Below the pieces are notes generated by a model. It ran no database searches, was not told the DNA's origin, and was given only the letters and a program-made list of their open reading frames with translations. A stretch of 14,060 nucleotides of DNA from Nanobdellati archaeon (GTDB taxonomy: Archaea; EX4484-52; GLR71), in contig JAHYJO010000023.1 of NCBI GenBank assembly GCA_019429125.1, forward strand, positions 1-14,060, written 5' to 3'. A program made the translations under genes and the position numbers. The stretch's first letter is position 1; each line of letters begins with the position of its first letter. This document shows, piece after piece, positions 7,332 through 14,060 of this stretch.

Positions 7332-9161
7332 ATGGAAATGAAAATAAAAAAACTTGAGGATTCACTTATAAGTAAGATTGCGGCAGGTGAAGTTATAGAA
7401 AGGCCGGCGTCAATTGTCAAGGAACTGGTTGAGAATTCTATTGATTCGGGTGCGACTCAGGTGACTGTTAATGTTGTCAAAGCTGGGAAGAAGATGATAT
7501 CTGTTTCTGATAACGGTTGCGGTATGACTTATGATGATGCAATCATTTCTTTTGAGAGGCATACGACAAGCAAGATTGTGGATATTGATGATCTTTTTTC
7601 AATTCATACGCTTGGGTTTCGTGGTGAAGCGCTTGCAAGTATTGCATCCGTTTCAAAGATTGATATGGTGACAAATACGGGGGATAGTTCACTTGCTACA
7701 AAGATTGAGATAATAGGGGGCAAGATTTATGATGTCGGGTCGGCTGGTGCGCCTAAAGGAACCTCGATTTCTGTTTCTGATATATTTTTCAATACCCCTG
7801 CACGGAAAAAGTATATGAAATCTGATGCTGTTGAACTTGAACATATTATTGATATTGTTACTCGTTATGCTCTTTTTAATACTAAAGTGCATTTCAGGTT
7901 TTTAAGTGAGGGTCGTGAGATCCTATCAACTCCAGGGACTGATGACTTGTTATCAAACATAAGAAATATTTATGGAAAAGAAACTGAGAAAAATGTTTTT
8001 GGTGTTGATAGTTCGGTTGAGGGTATAGATGTTTCTGGTTTTGTGTCAAAGCCAGCACTTACGCGCGGAACTAAAGATCATCAGTCTGTGTTTGTTAATG
8101 GCAGATATATAAAAAATAAGATTGTGACTGATTCTGTATATAATGCGTATAAGACGCTTCTCCCAAAGCACAGGCATCCATTTTTTGTGTTGTTCATAAC
8201 TATTGATTCTGCGGCAATCGACGTCAATATTCATCCGTCTAAGAAAGAGATAAAAGTAAGAAATGATATTGAAGGTAATCTTTCTGATGCTGTATTTGCT
8301 GCGGTTGACAAGGCTTTGAAGGAACATGTGCTGATTCCTGAAGCTGTCATATTTGCTATGGATAATGTAATGTCTTTTGAGGATGGGGTTGTTTCTAAAG
8401 CTAAAAATGTTTATAAGATGTCATCGGGGACACAGGCCACACTTCGTCCGTCTCAGTCTATTGTGTTTGAGAAAGTTTCATCTTATGTTAATTCGGATGA
8501 TGTTGATACTGTTGAAGATAAAGCTGTATCTGTCTTTGAATCTGTTGTTGAGGAGGAGGATGTTCGTGTTGTCAGTCGTTTGCCTGAAATGCGGTTTCTT
8601 GGACAGGTTAATAAGACTTACATAATTGCTGAGACATCGGACGGTATGTTTATAATTGACCAGCATGCAGCGCATGAAAGAATCCTTTATGAAAAGTTCA
8701 TGGGTATGTATGGGTCATCTGATGTTAAGACACAGAATCTTATTAATGTTCAGATAATTGAGCTTCCTGCAAAAGAATCGTTGATATTGTCATCAAACAT
8801 TTCTGAGTTTAAGAGATATGGGTTTGATATTGAGACATTCGGCAAGGATACTTTTATTGTGCGCACTGTCCCTGTCATACTTGGTAAGGTTAAGTCAAAA
8901 GATATGATTCGCGATATTGTTGAGGATTTTATTAATCTTTCTAAGTCTGAGAAAATATCTGAAATTAGTGAGAAGATAATTATTACTATGTCTTGCCGGG
9001 CAGCAATTAAAGGTGGTGAGGAATTGACTTTACATTCTATAAAGATTTTGATTGATGAACTTGCAAAGACTGAGAATCCGTTTACTTGTCCGCATGGCCG
9101 GCCGACAATCATTAATATGAATGTAGCTGAACTTGAGAAGAAGTTTAAGAGAGTGGTTTGA
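7332..9161 (+). CDS. mutL: DNA mismatch repair endonuclease MutL
   Basis: GHKL ATPase motifs IAAGEVIERPASIVKELVENSID, DNGCGM and GFRGEALASI. Endonuclease motifs DQHAAHERILYE, SCR, CPHGRP, FKR. Start uncertain among 7317, 7332 and 7338. Confidence 0.97.
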   Translation: MEMKIKKLEDSLISKIAAGEVIERPASIVKELVENSIDSGATQVTVNVVKAGKKMISVSDNGCGMTYDDAIISFERHTTSKIVDIDDLFSIHTLGFRGEALASIASVSKIDMVTNTGDSSLATKIEIIGGKIYDVGSAGAPKGTSISVSDIFFNTPARKKYMKSDAVELEHIIDIVTRYALFNTKVHFRFLSEGREILSTPGTDDLLSNIRNIYGKETEKNVFGVDSSVEGIDVSGFVSKPALTRGTKDHQSVFVNGRYIKNKIVTDSVYNAYKTLLPKHRHPFFVLFITIDSAAIDVNIHPSKKEIKVRNDIEGNLSDAVFAAVDKALKEHVLIPEAVIFAMDNVMSFEDGVVSKAKNVYKMSSGTQATLRPSQSIVFEKVSSYVNSDDVDTVEDKAVSVFESVVEEEDVRVVSRLPEMRFLGQVNKTYIIAETSDGMFIIDQHAAHERILYEKFMGMYGSSDVKTQNLINVQIIELPAKESLILSSNISEFKRYGFDIETFGKDTFIVRTVPVILGKVKSKDMIRDIVEDFINLSKSEKISEISEKIIITMSCRAAIKGGEELTLHSIKILIDELAKTENPFTCPHGRPTIINMNVAELEKKFKRVV

Positions 9162-9183
9162 GGAGTAATACATTTACAAACAT

Positions 9184-9206
9184 TTGACTATATTGACTAT
9201 ATATAG
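9184..9206. repeat. 9-bp tandem duplication TTGACTATA x2 running into the palindromic TATA-like CTATATATAG
   Basis: Copies at 9184-9192 and 9193-9201; palindrome at 9197-9206, about 23-32 nt upstream of ATG 9229. Confidence 0.65.
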
Positions 9207-9228
9207 ATGAAATAATAATTAATTATTA

Positions 9229-10440
9229 ATGACACATGTGGCTGGATTAAAGAATCAGTTTGGATTTGATAATGTTGTTGTTTCTAAACAATTTAAAGCT
9301 AGTATTGATTATCTCAAAAATTCAGTTCCTGAAAATGGGTGTATTCTTGCTGGTGATTCTGATGGTTATCGTTTTTCTTGGCCTCGTGATACTTCAATTA
9401 TTTCAATGTGTTTGGATAATGTCGGTCAACTTAATGATGATAAGTGTTTACATAATCTTTCTGAGAAAATATGTTATGGGCTTAGGGATACGCAGGGTCA
9501 TGAGGGTTGGTGGCACCAGAGATATTGGCCGGATGGTACTGTCGGGCCTAATTGGGCAGATATACAGAAAGACGAAACTGCATTAGCGATTATAGCTATT
9601 ACTGGGCATTACAAACATATTGAGGATAGTGCGTTCTTAAATGATATGTGGGGGACTGTGCAGAATGCAGCTGATTTTTTGATGGGGGCCGGACCAAGCT
9701 TTGATCTATGGGAGGAAGTGTTGTGTGATGGGCATTATTTTACTACTCAATCAATTATTAGGGCATTAAGGGAAGCGTCTTATTTTGCTGAAATAAATAA
9801 TTGGGCTGATAATATAGATAAGATTAAGTCTTATCGGGCTGAAGCATCTCGGTTAGAGAGGGGTCTTGGTATTTTTATTGAGGGTGATACTATTTCTTGT
9901 AGTGTTGGTAAACAGTTACAGACGCTTTCTTATGGAAAAGTAAATATTGATTCATCTATAATCGGTGCACATGTCCTTTTTGATGGTAAGTTTATCAAAA
10001 ATCCTCTGCTTGCAAAAACATCTTTAGTTCTTGTGCAAGAGTCTTGTGGGCAATTTAGCATAAATTGTGGAAGTGACACAATAGGGGTCATGAGATATAT
10101 TGGCGATGATTATGATGGTTTTGAAAAAGGCAGTCAAGGGAACCCATGGAATATAACAACACTTTGGATGGCTCAAAAAGAATATATGTCTGGCTATCTT
10201 TATGAAGGTGATAAATATTTTGGGTGGGTTGTTCAACATATGCCCAAAGACGGAACTCTGCCTGAACAAGTTCAAAGAGTTACAGGAAAACCTCATGGCG
10301 AACTAAATCTGATGTGGTCTCATGCTGAATATATAAACACTTGTTGGATGCGGGACAAATTGCTCAAAGACATTAATGGGATGTATTATGATTTGGTTGA
10401 CAATGATAACAGAAATACTTTGTATCCTATCAATACTTGA
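9229..10440 (+). CDS. Glycoside hydrolase family 15 (glucoamylase/trehalase-like), catalytic domain only
   Basis: YRFSWPRD, QKDE, DLWEE (general-acid region), RY.GD.Y, GNPW...TLW, LPEQV (general-base region), L.WSHA. No signal peptide seen. Confidence 0.88.
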   Translation: MTHVAGLKNQFGFDNVVVSKQFKASIDYLKNSVPENGCILAGDSDGYRFSWPRDTSIISMCLDNVGQLNDDKCLHNLSEKICYGLRDTQGHEGWWHQRYWPDGTVGPNWADIQKDETALAIIAITGHYKHIEDSAFLNDMWGTVQNAADFLMGAGPSFDLWEEVLCDGHYFTTQSIIRALREASYFAEINNWADNIDKIKSYRAEASRLERGLGIFIEGDTISCSVGKQLQTLSYGKVNIDSSIIGAHVLFDGKFIKNPLLAKTSLVLVQESCGQFSINCGSDTIGVMRYIGDDYDGFEKGSQGNPWNITTLWMAQKEYMSGYLYEGDKYFGWVVQHMPKDGTLPEQVQRVTGKPHGELNLMWSHAEYINTCWMRDKLLKDINGMYYDLVDNDNRNTLYPINT

Positions 10441-10493
10441 ATTGGTAAATTATGTAGAGATGTATTGTCTGTGTAATCATTAATTATTTATTT

Positions 10494-10525
10494 TTTATTA
10501 TTTATTATTTATTATTTATTATTTA
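10494..10525. repeat. Simple sequence repeat (TTTATTA)4.5 directly upstream of the uppP TATA-like box
   Basis: Units at 10494, 10501, 10508 and 10515, plus a partial unit at 10522-10525. TTATATAA follows at 10529-10536. Confidence 0.9.
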
Positions 10526-10555
10526 ATGTTATATAATCAATTAAGGTTTGTTATT

Positions 10556-11356
10556 ATGTTGACACTTCTCGAAGCTGTTGTATTGGGTATTGTTCAGGGT
10601 ATAGCCGAATGGTTGCCAATTAGCAGTGAGGGTATGACTTCACTTATCATGATTAACTTTTTTGGGAAGAGTATATCAGATGCATTACCTATGTCTATCT
10701 GGTTGCATATAGGTACTATGCTTGCAGCTATTGTGTTTTTGAGAAAAGATGTAATGGCGATTGTACGGAATCTGCCAGGGTATGTGAAAAAGCAGTCGTT
10801 TGAGAGTAATGTAAACGCGACAACAACATTTCTTATAATAACTACTTTTCTTACTGGTGTTGTAGGTCTGCCTATGATTGTTTTTGCAATCGGTTCGGGC
10901 GGTGCATTTTCTGGAAAGGTGGCAACGGCATTTATCGGTTTGTTTCTTATAGTTACTGGGGTCTTGCAGAGGAAGGCAAAAGGAGGGGTTGGACTTTTGA
11001 AAAGGATAAATAATGTGGATTCTATTATTGTGGGTATCGCGCAAGGGTTTTCAGCAATACCTGGTATCAGTCGGTCTGGAATTACTGTGTCTGCTCTTCT
11101 TTTTAGGGGTTTTACAGCTGAAAAAGCATTGAGACTGAGTTTTCTTATGAGTGTTCCTGCTGTGTTTGTTGCTGAAGTGGGTCTTGGTGTTATGGGCTTA
11201 TTGGTTTTTGATGTGAATTCTATTGTTGCACTATTATTTTCGTTCGTGTTCGGATTTTTGACTATCGGTGCGCTTTTTAAGGTTGCTGGTAAGATTGATT
11301 TCTCATGGTTTTGTATAATTCTAGGGGCGTTGAGCGTGTTTGCATTTTTTGTATGA
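10556..11356 (+). CDS. uppP: Undecaprenyl/polyprenyl-diphosphate phosphatase (UppP/BacA family), 266 aa
   Basis: QGIAEWLPISS and PGISRSGIT motifs, LH.GT, LSFLMSVP, and multiple hydrophobic helices. Confidence 0.92.
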   Translation: MLTLLEAVVLGIVQGIAEWLPISSEGMTSLIMINFFGKSISDALPMSIWLHIGTMLAAIVFLRKDVMAIVRNLPGYVKKQSFESNVNATTTFLIITTFLTGVVGLPMIVFAIGSGGAFSGKVATAFIGLFLIVTGVLQRKAKGGVGLLKRINNVDSIIVGIAQGFSAIPGISRSGITVSALLFRGFTAEKALRLSFLMSVPAVFVAEVGLGVMGLLVFDVNSIVALLFSFVFGFLTIGALFKVAGKIDFSWFCIILGALSVFAFFV

Positions 11357-11428
11357 ATCTTTTTTATTTTTGGTTTTATAGCATTTGATTTGTATAGATA
11401 TATATTATTTTAATGCGTAATATATAGT

Positions 11429-13537
11429 ATGAGATTTTATGCTGTCATTTTTGTGTATGTAGTTATTTTGATAGCTATAGTTTCCAGTGTACATGCTGAA
11501 ACTTTTATGAACGGGATGGAAATTAATGATTCACGTCTGGTCAAATCATTGACACTTAAGATCTCTGATGAAGGTACTATACAAGTCACTAGTGGGCACC
11601 TTAAATGGGTGAAAATAAACATTACTGTTCCTCAAAAGGCAGTAAATCAGCAGGTGTCTTATTCGGATGAGCTTGTGCAGGATGAGATAGGTAATAATTT
11701 TGTATATATTTATAATGAAAATCCTTTATCTAATACGGTTAATTATTTGTCTGAGACTTATGTTATTGTCAATTCACAAGTGACTACCTCTATACCTTCG
11801 TCTTATACTATTTCTTTGGATGCAAAAAGATATCTTCTTGCTACTAAAAATATACAATCTGATAATGATGATATCAAAGATCTTGCGGAGTCTATAACTC
11901 GAGGGAGCCAATCAGATTTTGAGAAAGTTGCAAAGCTTGCAATATGGGTTAATGAATATCTTACTTATGATCTTGCGTATAGTAATGTGATTTTGGATGC
12001 TGTGTCTGTGCTTAACACTAAGGCGGGTGTGTGCGCTGAATATACAACCCTTTTTGTTGCTCTTTCTCGTGCGTCAGACATCCCCGCAAGATACGTGTCT
12101 GGTTTTGCGTATGGTGATAATGGTTGGGAAGAGCATGCATATTCTGAAGTGTATCTGGGTAAATGGGTGCCTGTTGATGCGCTATGGCTAGAAGTAGGCA
12201 ATCTTGATGCAACGCATATTAGGTATACTGTACAGCTTGATAACCAGGTTAAAAATGATGTCAAGGTCTATGGCTCGGATTTAGGTGAGATTGTATGGGT
12301 AAAAGATGATAAGACAATTAATACTGTTTCTGTGTCTTATGTGGACTATATATCTGATTTTTATTTTGGTGCATCAACTCTTGAGGTTGAGCCTGGTGAT
12401 GATATTATTTTTTATGCGAAGATACCTCAGGATGATTATCGTGTATTGGATTTGAGTATGCAACCTTGCCTTTCTGATTCGGCAATATTGATTATTGATG
12501 AAAAAGAAAAAAGAGTCATAATCGAGGCTGGCAGTAACGATAAGATTGTTTATTGGGTCGGGCATGTGTCAGATAATCTCGCTAAAAATATGGTATATAC
12601 GTGTCCTGTGACTTTTAATTCTAGGTTTTTAGAGAATAGGGTAGTTGATGTCGTCATTAGTTATCAAAATAAAAGTTCTGTAGTCCTTAATCCTTTTGTC
12701 TCAAAACCTGTGATAAATCTTGGTGATCAACAGGAGATTGTTGTGGGTTTGAAACGTTTTAGTGGTAATGATCCGATCTCTATCGGAATTGTGTCATCAG
12801 ACTATTTTGATGAGGGTATGGTGGATTTGTCTTTGGGATCTGAGAAGGATGTCATATTTATGTTTAAACCTAAACATCTGGGCGAAAATAATGTTGTTGT
12901 GTATTCTTCTACAGGTGATATACGAATGGTGTCTTTTGATGTTGTTGAAAAAGGCAGTGTATATATAGAGTCTTTGGAATACGATGAAATTATACGTGTA
13001 AATGAAGCGTCATCAATCAATATTACAATAGTGAATGATAAGGCAAGTGATGAGACTGTCAAATTGTTTTATGGGACGTCGATTGAGACGTTGGATGTCC
13101 CTTCTAATTCGTTGATTGTGGTTGAGTATGTTGTAGACACATCTGTTGTAGGAACAACGATAGAGGCTGTGAAAATAACAGGGCAAGGCATTATAGATGC
13201 TGAATATGTAGATATTATTGTGTATGATATTCCTTTATTGGCTTATGATTACAGTTATGATTATTCTTTGATGAAACTTTCATTTGTTATCTTAGTAGAA
13301 TCTGATTATGCTGAAAATCTTGTGGTGTCAATAGATGGTGTGTCATCTGGTCATGAATCCGTTTTAGGTGCGCATACGTTTTCTTTTGATGTAGTTCCTG
13401 GGGCATATGATGTGGCTCTTTTGTGGGAAGACAGGGGTGGTAATTTATATTCTGATGAGTTGGGCATTGTAGTCGGTTCTGAAAACATAATAGCTAAAAT
13501 AATTAGGTTAATAACGGAGTTTATTGAACGTATTTAA
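11429..13537 (+). CDS. Secreted/surface transglutaminase-like cysteine-protease-domain protein with beta-rich (Ig-like) C-terminal region
   Basis: Signal peptide ending VHA. Triad motifs GVCAEY...L.RA..IPARYVSG (Cys), HAYSEVY (His), WVPVD (Asp). Amphipathic C-terminal helix IIAKIIRLITEFIERI. Confidence 0.85.
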   Translation: MRFYAVIFVYVVILIAIVSSVHAETFMNGMEINDSRLVKSLTLKISDEGTIQVTSGHLKWVKINITVPQKAVNQQVSYSDELVQDEIGNNFVYIYNENPLSNTVNYLSETYVIVNSQVTTSIPSSYTISLDAKRYLLATKNIQSDNDDIKDLAESITRGSQSDFEKVAKLAIWVNEYLTYDLAYSNVILDAVSVLNTKAGVCAEYTTLFVALSRASDIPARYVSGFAYGDNGWEEHAYSEVYLGKWVPVDALWLEVGNLDATHIRYTVQLDNQVKNDVKVYGSDLGEIVWVKDDKTINTVSVSYVDYISDFYFGASTLEVEPGDDIIFYAKIPQDDYRVLDLSMQPCLSDSAILIIDEKEKRVIIEAGSNDKIVYWVGHVSDNLAKNMVYTCPVTFNSRFLENRVVDVVISYQNKSSVVLNPFVSKPVINLGDQQEIVVGLKRFSGNDPISIGIVSSDYFDEGMVDLSLGSEKDVIFMFKPKHLGENNVVVYSSTGDIRMVSFDVVEKGSVYIESLEYDEIIRVNEASSINITIVNDKASDETVKLFYGTSIETLDVPSNSLIVVEYVVDTSVVGTTIEAVKITGQGIIDAEYVDIIVYDIPLLAYDYSYDYSLMKLSFVILVESDYAENLVVSIDGVSSGHESVLGAHTFSFDVVPGAYDVALLWEDRGGNLYSDELGIVVGSENIIAKIIRLITEFIERI

Positions 13538-13560
13538 TAGTATTGGGGTGTGAGTTTATT

Positions 13561-13962
13561 ATGAATTTTGATGCTGAAACTTTCAAGGCGTTAGGGTCTA
13601 AAACACGTCTGTCATTGATAAAATATCTTTCTAAAAGAAGGATGACGCAGTCTGAACTTTCAAAGTATATGGGTATTTATGTCTCATCTGTAAAGAAACA
13701 TCTTGATATATTGGAAGGCACAGGGATTATCGAAAGACATGATGACTGCAATAAATAGAAATACTATTCATTGACTCCTGGTGCTAGGCGGACATTATCT
13801 AATCCGATTGAGATTAGTCTTATTCTGTCTATAAGTATATTGTTTATGGTGTCTGGGTTGGGGTATTTTGTATCTCAAAATTTGATGCCTAAAACAAGCG
13901 GGTTATTGATGTCTTCAGATTCTATTTTAACAACATCTATAGTCAAAGCGACAAATAATTAG
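13561..13962 (+). pseudogene. ArsR-family winged-HTH regulator with C-terminal TM segment, interrupted by an in-frame TAG
   Basis: FKALGSKTRL..IK.L..R.MTQSELS......SSVKKHLDILE.TGII. The ORF-track pieces 13543-13758 and 13771-13962 are in the same frame: ...NK*KYYSLT..., with TAG at 13756-13758, followed by hydrophobic ISLILSISILFMVSGLGYFV. Confidence 0.8.
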
Positions 13963-14060
13963 AAAGTTTATGTGTAAAAAACCCATTTACCCATAATTTA
14001 CTTAAACTACTCAACAACTCTGTTTTTTTAGAGAATGAATACAGTTGTAATAATTCTTGT

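Noticed and set aside
564-13062. Remaining 60-120 aa ORFs nested in or antisense to rfcL, isf, rfcS, mutS, mutL, GH15, uppP and the transglutaminase gene
   Set aside because: They lie almost wholly within strongly supported genes and show no recognisable motifs.
13771-13962. Independent 63-aa membrane protein
   Set aside because: It is in frame with the ArsR HTH and better explained as its post-stop C-terminal half.

Overview
AT-rich archaeal chromosomal segment. The archaeal call rests on two-subunit RFC, TATA-type upstream elements and GGTG/GAGGTG RBSs. The gene mix looks DPANN-like, which is inference only. Left half: clamp-loader genes rfcL and rfcS (minus strand), separated by a YqeG-type HAD phosphatase and a divergent iron-sulfur flavoprotein. 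Right half (plus strand): a bacterial-type mutS1-mutL pair with an intact MutL endonuclease motif set, a GH15 glucoamylase, UppP/BacA, a secreted transglutaminase-like protein, and an ArsR-type HTH+TM regulator broken by a TGG>TAG stop. The most unusual non-coding structures are: (1) a 4x60-bp tandem array whose unit is exactly the rfcS/phosphatase junction (rfcS last codons + stop + TATA-like box + ATG of the next gene, with an internal 8-bp hairpin), giving four in-frame starts; (2) a 257-bp segment between divergent rfcS and mutS, bounded by perfect 13-bp inverted repeats and T-tracts, with a third near-copy of the motif at 110-125; (3) short slippage repeats next to TATA-like boxes. MutS ends in a clamp-binding-like QKTLF motif, while RFC-L lacks its usual C-terminal PIP tail. 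No rRNA, tRNA, CRISPR array, transposase or recombinase was recognised. All family calls come from motif recognition by eye; no searches were run.
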